A stretch of DNA of 61,640 nucleotides, counting the filler, from Dugesia japonica (taxonomy: Eukaryota), in NCBI GenBank assembly GCA_001938525.1. It is 6 parts of 6 records of this genome, joined end to end, with 100 filler letters (N's around TTAATTAATTAA, not from the genome) between each part and the next. Parts side by side here need not be neighbours in the genome. Positions count along the whole stretch, not along the records: positions 18,962 to 27,405 come from MQRL01633800.1; positions 27,506 to 37,577 come from MQRL01620454.1; positions 37,678 to 46,122 come from MQRL01639076.1; 3 more parts are not named here. The stretch is one strand, 5' to 3'. The position numbers and the translations under genes are program-made. Below the pieces are notes generated by a model. That model saw nothing but the letters and a program-made list of their open reading frames with translations. It did not search any database and was not told where the DNA came from. Of this stretch, positions 25,701 to 40,620 are shown one piece after another. Position 1 is the stretch's first letter. Each line of letters opens with the position of its first letter.

Positions 25701-28700
25701 CTGAATTTAATAAGATATTTGATATACAAGAATTATCAATAAATGATTTTAATTGAAATTTTTATAATGATTTTTACAAGTGATAAAATAATACAATCAA
25801 TATGTTTATCTATTAAAATAGAGTTGACACAATATTGAAAATCATGAAAAGTTCAAACCATGGGAGCATTACTATCAGCAAAAGTTCAAGCATTCAAATT
25901 TGAACTTATCGATATAAATTCTAGAACTATTGCATGTTTAGTAATCGAGGTCAATATTAATGAAAAGTATTGATAATAGAAAGCCTTGAAGAACTCCACT
26001 ATCGACAGCAATAGAATAAGAACAGTAACTAACAAACATAACAATTTTTCGTGAATTCCAGTAAAATGATAACTAACAAGCGTGTCAAAACATCTGCAGT
26101 TCTAAATTTACAATTGCAGAAACGTATAGGATGAATATTTTTTAATTGACGGTAGGACACTGAGAGTTAGAGTTAATAACAATAACAGAGAGTTAGAACA
26201 ATATTTAAATTTTTGTAAGAAAGATGAATAGATTTAAGACTGACTATACTACATTAAAATTTGTATAACCATTTTGAAAATGAAATATAATGATATGATT
26301 AGATCTTTTTTATGAGTGTAATTCGTAAATGATAGAATAATTAGTATATAATATGGTTTTATCGAGGAATCTCAACTTTACTTCATAATTTCATTGAAAA
26401 AAAGGCTGTAAGTCGTTGCTAAATTATCCATTTCGTTTCCATAAATAGTGAAAATAATTGAATTAATTCAAAAAATTAATAATTAATAAAATACACTTGA
26501 CAGATTTTAAATTCTAAATAATAAAACAAAATTTTTTCGAAGGCTAAATTATTTTAATACTGACGAAACATATCGGCCATAATAATCAATATAAAATGTA
26601 TTAAAATTATTTAGGAAATGATGATTTCGATGATTTATAAATATGGTTTCATTTTAAACTCCTAACATCTCCCCTTTTTAAAATCTTTAATTTTCTCTAT
26701 ATAATTTATCATCACTGATTTTGCGTCATAATCTCTTAAACTTCTGATTGGAAAGTCAAACTTAATGCTGCAAAGAATGTGAATTCAGTTTGAAAATTGA
26801 TTCGTTATTCGTTTTTAATGATAAATAATAATCAATAATCTTAGAAGCAAAATTTATCATTTAGAACTTGAATAAAATTTAAATTGAAAGAAATTGTTTA
26901 TATCGTGTTTTAGTTCTTTGAATAATCTTATACTTTAGATATGTACAATAAAGACCATTTTAATCTGATCATGAAAAAAATTTACCGGATAAGAGTAGAG
27001 CTTTGGGAGTTTAGAGAAACTTTTAGTTGATGGCAAAAAAAAGCATTTAGTCATCGTTTTGACATGAGTAATTACGGGCCAAAGAAACGTAACTTAAAAA
27101 CAATATTTTTTCTTTTCTATCTAATAAATATAGTTTTGGTGTCTATCATTATTAATTATTAATGACAGATGGGCAGATTGAGTCGTGATTATGAACAAAT
27201 AGCGAATGGTGGAATAAGTTTGATGTGAATAAACTAATAGATGTTGAATATGGCAGCGTAAAATTTCGTGTTTTGGTTATGTATGACCAGTTTAATAATT
27301 TAGTATAAACTGAGCAAGATTTTAAAGTTTTTTATAATATCAGAGTGCAAGACGCGATACCACAAAGTCGCGCTGAACCCAGGAAAAGAAGGGCATGTTA
27401 CAGAGNNNNNNNNNNNNNNNNNNNNNNNNNNNNNNNNNNNNNNNNNNNNTTAATTAATTAANNNNNNNNNNNNNNNNNNNNNNNNNNNNNNNNNNNNNNN
27501 NNNNNAATAATAATAATAATATTTAGTATAAAAATCCACGCGTATTTATTTATAAACAAAAAATACATGATAAGAAAACTAGTACCATAGTAATTCTTGT
27601 GAACAAAAGGTTTAATTTTTTAATTTAAATTGTTTTAAATAAAATTTTTGCGAGACTGANNNNNNNNNNNNNNNNNNNNNNNNNNNNNNNNNNNNNNNNN
27701 NNNNNNNNNNNNNNNNNNNNNNNNNNNNNNNNNNNNNNNNNNNNNNNNNNNNNNNNNNNNNNNNNNNNNNNNNNNNNNNNNNNNNNNNNNNNNNNNNNNN
27801 NNNNNNNNNNNNNNNNNNNNNNNNNNNAATAGAAACAGCATCGATCAAAATTTGATCGAAAATTAACAAATTTTGATCAAAGCTTTTATTTTAATGAATT
27901 CTGTAAAGCGATCAATGATTAATTGTCCAACAATTATTCTCGCAATAATTGCAATTGTAAAATAAAATAAATATGAAATATGTTTAAATATTTTGATAAA
28001 TAACCACTAGAAATGTATCAAATACATATTAAATTGTCTATTTACATGTAATTAAAAGATTTACAATGATTTCTTAAACTATTAAGAATGTAGAAATGAA
28101 AAGATGTTCAAACGAAACAATATAATTTGTCGATTAATCGGCGGAAATATCAATTCCAATGTAGTTATCATAAATCCAGAATTCATGTAAAAAAATTTAT
28201 ATTTTCTTTTATTTTTTTGATTAAGAGGATAAAATTTCCAGGAAAAAAACAAAATACTAAACTATTTGTTATTAATAAAACTAATTAAAATTAAACTAAA
28301 TTAAATTAATCCTTACAAAAAAATTTTATTTTAATTTTTTAAAAAATTTCTATTTTCAGTAAAAAGAAGGAAAATTCTTTATCGAATTAACAAAAAATAC
28401 TTGTTAATAATAAACTGATTTACATTAATTTAATTTTTCAATAATTTTAAATACATTAAAACATTAGAAAAAGTAATTTTCTGATATCAATTTATGTATA
28501 AATTTGAGAATCTGACTGTTGATTTATTAATAATTAATTTATTAATAATTCATAACATTCTAATTAAACATGACAAATTCTATTTAATTTTTTTGTTCAA
28601 ATTTTTGTTTAAATGAATATAGTAATATTATAAGTTATTAGTATAAATCTACTGTGATATTTGATTTTATTTAATATNNNNNNNNNNNNNNNNNNNNNNN

Positions 28701-29730
28701 NNNNNNNNNNNNNNNNNNNNNNNNNNNNAAAATAGTAAATATTCATAGATGTAATAAAGATTTTAGTAAATTTGTAAAAAATGATTTTAATTTCCCTATT
28801 TTAATAATTGTTCAATTTATGTAAAATGGTTAATGACTTTAAATTAAATTTTGACTAAGGACTCGATCGACATTTTCGACTTCTAGAGACATCTGTTTGT
28901 GCATATACTAAACTAGATATTTTCTTTTCCCGCAATCCTCATTTCGTATATGAGAATAGTGAGGATTAAAAATATGCCGATCATACGACGTAGCCCGTAT
29001 TCCTGTGTAGTTTTCCAGGTGTGTTTGTGTTTTTTTTTGTACCCGCCGAAATTTTATATTTCAGAAATATGCTCGACTGCTAAAATAGGTTGTTGACCCC
29101 TGGTATAGATGAATATTCGTTAGGATTAATTATGATTTAAAACGTTTGATTAAGAATATTATGTTCAAAGTTTAAAATATTATAACTAAGTTGATTAAAA
29201 CTTCTTTATAATTATTAAAACATTTTATTTAAACAAAAAACAATTACGAATTTAAGTTGTAATCAGATTTATTTTTCATGCATTATCTCAGCATATATGT
29301 GTTCATTTTAAATATTTAAAATATTTTGTGTGGTGTATTTAAAATTTGATATTTACAAAGTCTAACGGTATTATTGCCATTGTTTTCAGTTGATAAGTAT
29401 TTAATAATAATGAAATTTGTTACAAAAACTGCCCATGCTAACTAGAAACTTGAATATACGTTATTTTGTTTGTGATAGTTGTATATAATTTGGTAAGATT
29501 TATGACAATATTTGAGATGAATTATAATTAATGACAACCGTATTGTGATGCATTTGTCAAATCAAAGCTAAAACCGCTGTATTAAAAAATAAATGTCATA
29601 ACTTGTTTCAATTGATTTAATATATAAACTTTTAATATAAATCTTTTCTTACAGAAATAATTCCCTTGTTTCCTTTTACACTAAAAAGCGTTTCATTCTG
29701 CTACCCAAAATGCAGTAGCACCGAAGAATT

Positions 29731-30062
29731 ATGCTACCGAAAAAACTTGATGCGCATAACTGTTTCAAGTCACGTTTTAATGGAATGAACATTAAAATTG
29801 CAATAAAAGAAAAGAAAGCTGACAAAAGAAAAGAGAAGTCCAGAGTTGCTGCCCAAATTCGTCGAAATAAAGAAAGTCAAACGTTAATATTATTGCAAAA
29901 TGCCTTACCCATAGGTTTACCAAGTCCAAATCAAATGTTGGAAAAGTCAATTGTCATTAGAATTGCAGGACAAACTTTGTTTCTTTTAAAAAATCTAGAC
30001 CAAGGTAAATATNNNNNNNNNNNNNNNNNNNNNNNNNNNNNNNNNNNNNNNNNNNNNNNNNN

Positions 30063-30108
<46 letters not shown>

Positions 30109-31964
30109 TCATTAAAATAAAAGCTTCGATCAAATTCATTTTGTTTTTGATAATATTTTGAATTTTCGAATTAGTTTTCGTCAGGAATTGACTTTTTTGA
30201 TTTATTCAAGATTTATGTTTACCATGGAAATATTTTTTTGAATTAATTCAATTAATTTAAATTTAATTATTTAATAATTATAAATTACATTGATTTTAGG
30301 AATATCTTCTTTAATTAGTAATTCTTCATCTTTTTTTCTGATCCTAGTGTTTTCCATGTTATGTGATGTTGTTCTAGAAATTTTATGTTTGTGTTGAAAG
30401 TCTTTGAAGGCTTCACTTTCTTTTTGTTCTTTATGTTCATCTCATCTGAAAAACGATCAATGGTTACGTCCAATAATTATTCTCGCAATAATTGTAANNN
30501 NNNNNNNNNNNNNNNNNNNNNNNNNNNNNNNNNNNNNNNNNNNNNNNNNNNNNNNNNNNNNNNNNNNNNNNNNNNNNNNNNNNNNNNNNNNNNNNNNNNN
30601 NNNNNNNNNNNNNNNNNNNNNNNNNNNNNNNNNNNNNNNNNNNNNNNNNNNNNNNNNNNNNNNNNNNNNNNNNNNNNNNNNNNNNNNNNNNNATTTACTT
30701 AAAATAAACGTTTTGTCTATTTATTTATAATTTATTTAGAATCATATGAAGTATTATTTTGTCTGATTATAATATATCCGTATCACAGCTAGAATTACTT
30801 AAAAATATCATTCACAAAAGATAGAAATAGCAATTTATTCTTATTGTTAAGAAACAAATAAGAATTATGATTTATTATGTACGTATGTATCATTAGGAAG
30901 ATTGTGTGCATTCTCCAGAGATATTTTGATGGAAATAAATGGATATATGTGTAAATACATATAACCGGATAAATATTACAAGAATTTGGCAAGTGTTTTA
31001 CAATTTAATTTCTCCGTCATTTTCTCTTTATACTAATTTACAATTCTATTTTCTGAATTTTTTATTTCATCTTAAAATTATTGATTTTAGAATACGTTTA
31101 ATTTCTTAAACTAAATGAATGAAACCACTGATTTCTTATAACTTATACATAGAACCTTGACTTTCATTTGTGTTACATTTCATAGCTAACGTTATTTTAT
31201 TAAATACAGATTTTGTCATATAGCTATTCAGAGCTGATAACAATCGGTGACCACAAGCTATGTTGAAACCAGTTTTATTAAAGAATTNNNNNNNNNNNNN
31301 NNNNNNNNNNNNNNNNNNNNNNNNNNNNNNNNNNNNNNNNNNNNNNNNNNNNNNNNNNNNNNNNNNNNNNNNNNNNNNNNNNNNNNNNNNNNNNNNNNNN
31401 NNNNNNNNNNNNNNNNNNNNNNNNNNNNNNNNNNNNNNNNNNNNNNNNNNNNNNNNNNNNNNNNNNNNNNNNTTATTATATTTTTATTTTTCAGTTCTCG
31501 GAATGAATGATTGGTTAACGGTGCCCTTAATTAGTTCAAATTTTCTGGCGTTTTTTACAGATAATATAGGCCAAATTGTTTATGCTAGTCCTAATATCCA
31601 NNNNNNNNNNNNNNNNNNNNNNNNNNNNNNNNNNNNNNNNNNNNNNNNNNNNNNNNNNNNNNNNNNNNNNNNNNNNNNNNNNNNNNNNNNNNNNNNNNNN
31701 NNNNNNNNNNNNNNNNNNNNNNNNNNNNNNNNNNNNNNNNNNNNNNNNNNNNNNNNNNNNNNNNNNNNNNNNNNNNNNNNNNNNNNNNNNNNNNNNNNNN
31801 NNNNNNNNNNNNNNNNNTATTTTTATTTTCCAGTTCTCGGAATGAATGATTGGTTAACGGTGCCATTAATTAGTTCAAATTTTCTGGCGTTTTTTACAGA
31901 TAATATAGGCCAAATTGTTTATGCTAGTCCTAATATCCAATCAGTTTTGGAACACCACCACTGG
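29731..31964 (+). CDS. Class I bHLH-PAS transcription factor (HIF-alpha/Sim/Trachealess-like), partial; exons 29731-30004 and 31834-31964
   Basis: bHLH RKEKSRVAAQIRRNKESQTLILLQNALPI...LEKSIVIRI ends at CAAG|gtaaat. A phase-compatible PAS-A-like exon FLAFFTDNIGQIVYASPNIQSVL ends at TGG|gttaga. Confidence 0.8.
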
Positions 31965-33320
31965 GTTAGAATTTTTATATTTTACTATTTTTGTTATTTA
32001 ATTAATTTGAAGAATTGAAATTTGACAATTAATTAATCATAGAAGTACTAAAGAAAAGAACTTAAAATAAAATGAAGTATATTTATGTCAAATATTCAAT
32101 GTATTTTGTTGCCGTTCTTTTATTTCTATTTTTTATTTTTTGTAGAAAATGGGAAAATAAATATGGTCTGAGAATCGATGCCAGTTATCTTGGTTTGAAT
32201 GGATAATTAAATATTCATTTCAAATAAGCCAATACATTAAATACAATATTTGATATTATATTTTTTAAAAAATATGTAGATTCATTATCCGATTTATCTG
32301 ATTCTTTTGTTCAATAAATTAAACAATAAATTTTTGAATCAATTTATAAAGGTTTTTTCATAAATTACTACTTTAACTCCAGTTTCTGTTTCGTGTTGGC
32401 ATTGGACGGCCAATATTATGCACTAGTAAATACTAACAATTTTTTTCAGATTTTCCTGATTGCTCAAGCTTGAATTTAATATCTTGTTGAAAAATCTATT
32501 CCGGATGATCTTTATATATGAGCTTTATCTATAAATAATTGCCAGTGATAGTCTCATTGTGTTCTATGACTAGATAAATCCTTACTCAGAAAGCAGTGAG
32601 GTTTTGATTCCAATTAGTGGAATTGTTTTTTTTAATTAGGTGTTCGCTACCAATTAGATTACCAGGCGAAAAAATTGGGATTAAATAAATGCCGCGGTAA
32701 TTTCATACGATTCATTTTTATTCTCCATTGTTTCTGAAAAATTCATAGATTAGAGTAATCTTAGTAATCATGTTTATAGATTTTTGCAAATTTGCCTTTC
32801 AATGTAATCTCTCATTTAGGTTAATCATTACGATGTCAACTATTCTCCAATAGCGTTTTTTTCATGCTTCTTAGCTTTATTTTATTTAATTAGAAAATAC
32901 CAAATTTAAAATGCAAACGTTTTAATTGTTGAAGTATTTTTTAAAAATTGTACGATTTAATAAGTGAATTTTGTTAAAAGAAATTCTGGGCCAAAATCTT
33001 GTTAATAGGAATTTTTAAAAATTCAATTACTATTTAAAAATTGTATTTTCATTATTAATTTTAATTAACTATGACTTAGGTTCAATACGTACTTGTTTTT
33101 TTTAATATCTGCTACTCNNNNNNNNNNNNNNNNNNNNNNNNNNNNNNNNNNNNNNNNNNNNNNNNNNNNNNNNNNNNNNNNNNNNNNNNNNNNNNNNNNN
33201 NNNNNNNNNNNNNNNNNNNNNNNNNNNNNNNNNNNNNNNNNNNNNNNNNNNNNNNNNNNNNNNNNNNNNNNNNNNNNNNNNNNNNNNNNNNNNNNNNNNN
33301 NNNNNNNNNNNNNNNNNNNN

Positions 33321-33386
<66 letters not shown>
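33321..33386. repeat. (ATT)n microsatellite; others at 30063-30108, 60724-60862 and 61075-61098
   Basis: Seen directly, mostly adjacent to assembly gaps. Confidence 0.95.
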
Positions 33387-36300
33387 GTTCTCACAAAGTG
33401 GCATTTGAAACAAAACTCTACGGTTCTTGGAGATCCCTCGCGTATTGTGAAAATTGTTGAATTAGTAAATATTTAGAGAGAGCATAATGAAATCTAAATT
33501 TGTGTAATCGTTGAAATTATTTTATTTATTTTACAATTGGCCAATTTTATTAGCGCCTTTACATAATATTTCAGATTTTATTTAAGCATTTTGGAATTTT
33601 ATAAATTCAAAACAAATTTATGAAAATGGATTTTAATTATAAAATATACAAAATTAATTCATTCATTATATTTAATTTAAAATATACGTTTTGATATTAC
33701 TCAGAAAATAAATTCGTTTGTTAAATATTGTTCTATCATGATTTTAAAAATTAAAATAAAAATGAAATTTTAAGATTAATTTAAGATTTATTTTTTACAG
33801 AAAACGAATATCTGTAATAAATATTCCTAGGAAAACAAACTCTTTCAAAACTTAGATTTATCTAATTTTGGGATTAATTATTATTTATTTTCGACAATTA
33901 AAAAACTTAATTTCCATTTTTATCTTGCAAATGGGAATTTTTTAAATCAGTTTTTCAAACGATGTCTGATACTTTTTAATTAATGAATTGTTAATATCCG
34001 TCAAATTGTTTCTAATGTATTTCAGAACAATCAATTCAATAATAGCTTGATAATCAATAAATTAAAGGATTTTACGCTTAAAAGTACACTTAAGAAAATC
34101 TTAGTGATTATAATAAAATGTTTATTACCATTGAAAAGTTTTTTTCAATTAAATTTTTTTTAAATCTATTATTTTATTAAAAATAGCTTTTTAAAAGAAA
34201 CTTTAAATTTAAACAAAACTAGATAAGTTTACAAATCCTGAAAAATGAGAAAGATTTTCAATTACACTCATTTTTCGAGTCATTAAAATATTTGACTAGG
34301 AGATTCGAATTAAAAATTGAAGAGAAGATTTAAATTAAATTAAATTAAATTCATTTGTTTTTTTTATTTAATCTTAAATTATTCTGAACCACAAAATAAA
34401 ATTTCGAGAAATGTTTTCCATATTTCAGTCTGTAAAACCTTGAAATAATTTTTTTTTTAAAAATTTATCTTGTCTTTATTTTGTTGTTTCGTTGATCCAT
34501 GCTGTACCAATTTATGAATGGAATATTTTGAATTTTTTTTTTGTAAATAAAATATTTATTAAAAAAAATTACGAATGCAATTTAAAATGTTTTTTAAATA
34601 ATGAATTTTAATAATAAATTGGAAATTTTGATTCTTTCGATAACTTAAAACTTTCACTGAGCTTTTTAACTACCAAATTTGTTCTTTTGCCACCTCTATT
34701 TAAACAACTTATTCTTTTTATTAAATTCATTTAAAAAAAAAAGTTTCAATAAATACTGAATGAGTAAATACCAAAAGTAATTTAAAATTTAAACATTTCT
34801 TACAAAAAAAAACATTGATATTTACAAAAAATTTCAATAATTAATTCTTCATCTTACAGAAATTAAAATCAATTAAAAAGTTTATCCGCTAAAAATACCT
34901 CACAACAATAAAAGTATTTATATTAACATTAAAGCCTAAAGAATTTTTTAATTCGTTACTATTCAAAGATAATTTTTCTTGATTTTTAATATATACTATA
35001 AAATTGATAATAATTAATCAATACAATGTTTCAATTACAATTATTGCGAGAATAATTATTGAATTTAACCATTGATTGCATTTTTAAAGTTTCAATAAAT
35101 TAAAAAGCTTAAATCAGAATGATGTTTTTCACCGGAAGAAACATGAAGAAATACTAATTAATAAAGAAAGCTGAAATGAATGTAATTTATAATAATTAAA
35201 ATAAATTATCTTATTAAAATTCAATTAAATAAAATAAATACTAAAGTTATTTATATTTCTTTAGTAACTTGAATAAATCAAAAAGTAAATCCCTGAAGAA
35301 AACTATCGTCAAAAATACGAATTACTAACAATTACTAACTAAAAGATAAACATCATTTTGACCTAAGCGTTTCAATTTATGAAAATATAACATTAATCTA
35401 AAATATGCGAAATAATTATAATATTTTGCTATTGATCATAATTTGTAAAATCAGTTGAAATTGATGATGTAATCACTATTTACTCATCAAAACAATGTAA
35501 TATTTTTGCTAGAAGTATTTAAAATAAAGATTTAATTTTACTACAATAAAATGGCATTCTTTTAACATAAGGTTGTAATAAAAAATATAATATTTCCAGT
35601 CAAATTTTATTTATCTTTGAAAAGGCGGTCAAAGAAATTTTCGGTAATATAAACAGTTTTAAAAATCGGTTTTCGTGAAGACAAAATGCATTTCTGTTTT
35701 TCTTCACCCGTTGATACCACCTGTTCCGATTTCTTCTAAACAAAACTTTTTAAACATATGCCTTTGTGATGTTTGTTTTATTTAGATAAATATATAAATG
35801 TTTAAGGAAATTACAAATTTTCTTAAAGTTATCAATTTTTGATAAAAAAGAAAGTATTAAAATAAAATAGAATTATTTCGTTTATTATCGATTAAATTTT
35901 TCACGAATTCCAATTAATAAAATTAATGAAACTGAAATACCAAATAAACAAAATTCATTAATTAGAAAATTGCTTATGTCAANNNNNNNNNNNNNNNNNN
36001 NNNNNNNNNNNNNNNNNNNNNNNNNNNNNNNNATTAAATTTTTCACTATATCCAATTAATAAAATTAATGAAACTGAAATACCAAATGAACAAAATTCAT
36101 TAATTAAAAAATTGCTTATGTCAATTCCTGAAGAAGACAAAGTCGAAAATTAAAAATACTATTAAGAACTAAAAAAATAGGAAAAAAAAGAAAACAGTAT
36201 TTTGATCGAAGCTTTTAATTTAATGAAATCTCAAATACGATCAATGGTTAATTCCAATAATTATTCTCTCAATAATTGTAATTATAAAACCAAAATTATT

Positions 36301-36791
36301 CGTTGAAATTTATTGTAAGCAGTAGATTACTTATATTGATAACATTTGTAATATTTTATTGTAATTAATAAATTGCTTATTTATTTAAATTATTATGTTT
36401 GTAAAGTGAAGATGAGTTGAAGGTTCTTGTAAATTTATTATAATTTTAAATATTTAATNNNNNNNNNNNNNNNNNNNNNNNNNNNNNNNNNNNNNNNNNN
36501 NNNNNNNNNNNNNNNNNNNNNNNNNNNNNNNNNNNNNNNNNNNNNNNNNNNNNNNNNNNNNNNNNNNNNNNNNNNNNNNNNNNNNNNNNNNNNNNNNNAA
36601 GTTAATTTTTAAAAGTTTTGGCTCTATATTAACATATGTATTTATTTTGAGTAACATTTGTTTTGTTTTAAATAAATTATGTATAAATGTTGTGATTTTT
36701 TAAAACAAATACAAATTTATTCTTATCGTAAACCTCGTGTTCGTTTGATTGGGTAAATCCATACAATATATTACGTTTTATTAATTTATAG

Positions 36792-37110
36792 CAGCGCGGT
36801 GTCAAACAGAAATTTGATTGTATGAACAAGCGTCATTTTAGAAATTTTCATTCGCCACATTAAAAGAAATTTTATAAAAATATGTTTTATTATAAATTTT
36901 ATGTTTCAATAAAATAACATTAAAAAATACGAAAATTATTTATTGTGATGTTTGGCAATATTTTTCTTGCACCACGCCTCGTAAATCTGGTGTAAACCCA
37001 ATGTTAGCTGCATATTTCTATTCTGCCTACAAATTTTCATTACTAATATTGGATCGGTATTTGGATTTTATGAAAGTTACAGCTGAAAAAGTAGATTGAC
37101 ACATAAGTAC
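36792..37110 (-). mobile_element. hAT (Charlie/Buster-type) 3' end remnant
   Basis: Minus strand encodes QSTFSAVTFIKSKYRSNISNENL...PDL..VVQEKYCQTSQ*, the hAT dimerisation C-terminus. A TIR-like CAGCGCGGTGTCAAAC lies at 36792. Confidence 0.7.
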
Positions 37111-38002
37111 AATAAGTACTTATGGGTACAAATAAAATCTTATTCAACAATGCTAGGTGAATTTTACAGTATACAAAATATAATTAAAAATAGGTTTATG
37201 AGTCTAAATATTTGGATAGAATTCAAATAAAACTGTGATTACAAAATTCATTAATCAAACTTTTTTTAATTAAATGTAATAATTAAATGTAAAATGTCAT
37301 TGTGAGGAAATGTATGTTTCTTGAATGTTTTAAGTGTTTTTATTTTTTTTGAATAATTATTTGTTAATTTATAAATTTTAGAAACTTTGTTTAAATAATA
37401 TTTACGGGAGACTTTTAAAAACTGAGTGAAATTTGTAAGTATTCTTTAGGAAATTTATTTATTTTTAGTAAAAAGCAATACGTAAGGTTTATAGTTTTTT
37501 TATTAATTAATAATTGTGTAACGAATAGTATTTTTGTATAATTATTTTCTAGATTAAAAATTTGTAACATTTTAATANNNNNNNNNNNNNNNNNNNNNNN
37601 NNNNNNNNNNNNNNNNNNNNNTTAATTAATTAANNNNNNNNNNNNNNNNNNNNNNNNNNNNNNNNNNNNNNNNNNNNGATATCTTTTCATTGACTTTACA
37701 CAACAATGTAATGATAATGAAAGAGTTAAAACAGATATATTTAATCCCAATAGAGTCAACAAATTGACGAATAAAAATAAAAATGCAACAATGAAAAAAT
37801 TTCAAATAGTTATATTAAAGTAACAACAAATGAAACGACAAAGGATGTCAAAACGAAAAACAATGTCTAAACAAAAAGAAATTTTGAAACAAAAAACAAA
37901 AAAAATAACAAAACCAGATATTAAGAAGGTTATGATAATGCTGTAGAAAAACAAAAGATGGATTCGTCTATAAACAAATTTAAAAGGAAATTCGGTGTTA
38001 AC

Positions 38003-38500
38003 AATGCAGCGAATTGAACGAAGTATTCCATATTTTGAAGCACTTCTTAACTCTAAAGCAGATAGATGGAAATTATTACAGAGTTTCCCATCATTTGTTT
38101 TTAATGACTTTCTTGAAGTATTACATAACATAGTTTTAGGTAAGTTTGATACAGGTTCATATAAGAAAAAGTTGAAAAAATATAGAAACACATTAATAGA
38201 TATGGTTAATGTACGTAGTGTCAATGCAAAAAGAAAAATTTTGATGAAACGTTTTCCACTTGATGTTATTGATTACGGGAAAAACAAGAGAAAAAGCAAG
38301 GAGAGTTTCAAAGGATCAAGACGAATTCATCAAATTGGTAGTGGTAAATTAAATTAGGAAGGAAGTGGATTTGTATGGGCTGCATTATTACCATTTGCCG
38401 CTTGGATAGCAAAAGCTATCGGTAGTGGAGTCGCTGCTAGTGCTGCAAGTTATGGTGTTAAGAAAATTATTGAAAAAGTTGATAAACCACAGCAAGGATA
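38003..38500 (+). pseudogene. Polinton basic core protein
   Basis: EVLHNIVLG...KKKLKKYR..L...KRKIL, then after one stop EGSGFVWAALLPFAAWIAKAIGSG (GxG-F motif followed by an amphipathic helix). Confidence 0.6.
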
Positions 38501-38505
38501 AATAA

Positions 38506-39630
38506 ATGGTGAGTTTTTGCTTTTTTTTCATTATGGGTACAACGCAATCTTTACCAAAGTTTTATTCTAATATTCGTACAACTTGTTGTGTTTTAGATGA
38601 AGATAGAAACGATATAGTTCAATCTAGAAGACCCAGCAGGATTTGGCAGCATTTCAAAAACTGCAAAAGCAGCGAAAACAAGCAAAAAAAAGCAGAAAAG
38701 TGGTTAAAAGATCAAATAGCCTACAGTCTCAACAAACCGATAAAAAAGAGATTCCCAACGAAGAAATATCGGGCTAATGGTATCAATGCAATTTGGCAAA
38801 TAGATTTAATGGAAATGATACCTTATTCAAAGATCAACAAAGGCAATAAATATATTTTAACATGTGTTGATATTTTTAGTCGATTTGCTCGTGCAGTACC
38901 AGTTAAGATAAAAAATGCAAAGGATTTGTCAGAGGCAATAAAAATAATATTGAACGATTCACAACCAAAACATGTTCAAACAGATTTAGGAAAGGAACTT
39001 TACAATTCTAGTGTGAAAGCAATTTTGAATAAGCATAATATTAATCACTATTCTGTTTTCAGTCAGTATAAAGTTGCTCTCGTTGAACGATTTAATCGAA
39101 CATTAAGAACAAAGCTTTCAAAATATTGCACTTATTGCGGCAATAAAGTTTGGATAAATGTCTTACCAAAGCTCATTCAATCCTATAACTATAGTCAACA
39201 TCGTGGTCTAAATGGACATCGACCAGTTGATGTAACTGATCACTTGAATTTTTGGTTACATAATGAAATTAAGACGGTGAAGACGAAGCCAAAGTATAAT
39301 ATTGGTGACTTTGTTCGAATAAGCAATATCAGTCAAACTCCATTCACTAAGAATTTCGACCAAAACTGGAGTGATGAAGTCTTCCAAATAACAGGAATTA
39401 ATACAAAGCAAATGCCTGTAATGTATGAAATAAGTTGTATGAAATAATGTTGATCATGAAGTTATTCAAGGAAAGTTCTATGAACGAGATTTGCAAGTTC
39501 TACCACGTGAACCAATTATGTATCGTATGGAGAAAATTATTCGTAAAAAAGGCAATCAAGTGTTGGTCAAGTGGTATGGATATTCAAAACCTAGTTGGGT
39601 AGCTGCATCAAATATAAACAAAACAGAATA
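38506..39630 (+). pseudogene. Polinton rve integrase with chromodomain, frameshift near 39435
   Basis: DDE triad WQIDLMEM / QTDLGKE / VERFNRTLR, then NWSDEVF and the frameshifted chromodomain YRMEKII..VLVKWYGYSKPSW. Confidence 0.95.
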
Positions 39631-39634
39631 GAAC

Positions 39635-40620
39635 ATGTCTGAAAAAATGAAATCATTTTATATGATATTACCAAGCAATAGTTGTCCAAACACTCGTCCA
39701 AATAATTCTGCAAATAAATTTGACAGTCGACTATGAAAATGCAATCAATTTACGTGGAGAATGGGATGCTCTAATGACTGATATTCTTCTAGTATATTGT
39801 CCACAAACCATAAAACAAGGAACATACATTGAGTATCAACCATGTGAAAGAAGAAAACATAAGATGGAATTAAAAAAAATAAATTTGTTTTCACCCCACC
39901 TTTTCCTGAAATAAGCAATGTCATTTATCAAGCAAAAAATTTATTATAGAGACAACAAAAAAGATTGAAATAACCTTCAAAACAATGTCAGACGCATGGT
40001 TGTGGGGTATTAATAGAATAGAAGTTCGTGGTGATAGTAGTTTAACATTTTATGTAACACATACTACTGATAATTCTGTCGATATCGATGTAGTTATTTG
40101 GGAGGATAAAAGAAATAAAATATTTATATTTGAAAAAGACGTACATTTGAATAATACAAATGAGATTGTTGAATATTTTAAGACGAATTGCTCAAAACAG
40201 TCAATGTAGTATGAAATCTGTTTTCATGCAAACTTCAAGATACTGTTTTCACAGCAAAAACAACAGCAAAAATGACAATTACACTTGAATTAAAAGATTC
40301 AACTTTCAGCCGAATAGAAATAGTGAACGAGTAATGAAACTAAATTCCGCTTTCAATCACATATATATCTACTCAAGCATTGTTGCTCCAATCATGGTTG
40401 GATCGGAAAAAGTTCCTCTTTTGAGATGTACATAAATAGATACATCAAAATACAAACGTGGTGATGTTGTTCTTTTAACAATTAATCATCCTATGTATCT
40501 ACCTGTTTCTACAACATGTATAAACAAAATTGAAGTCAACATTAGAGATGATAGTGGAGAATTGTTGAATTTCTTTTACGGTGNAAAGACAATAATCACA
40601 TTACATTTAAAAAAAGAAAT
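39635..40620 (+). pseudogene. Polinton minor capsid (penton), disrupted
   Basis: SFYMILPSNSCP..PNNSANK; IYIYSSIVAPIMVG..VPLLR...PMYLPV..INKIEVNIRDDSG..ITLHLK. Confidence 0.85.

Noticed and set aside
31473-31964. Apparent tandem duplication of the PAS exon (31495-31600 versus 31834-31940)
   Set aside because: Near-identical copies on both sides of an N gap, most likely an unmerged allelic overlap. The same applies to 35893-35982 versus 36033-36123.
33065-33476. Poly-Ile and poly-Asn ORFs, also at 60696-61297, and many X-filled ORFs
   Set aside because: They are translations of (ATT)n microsatellites and N gaps.
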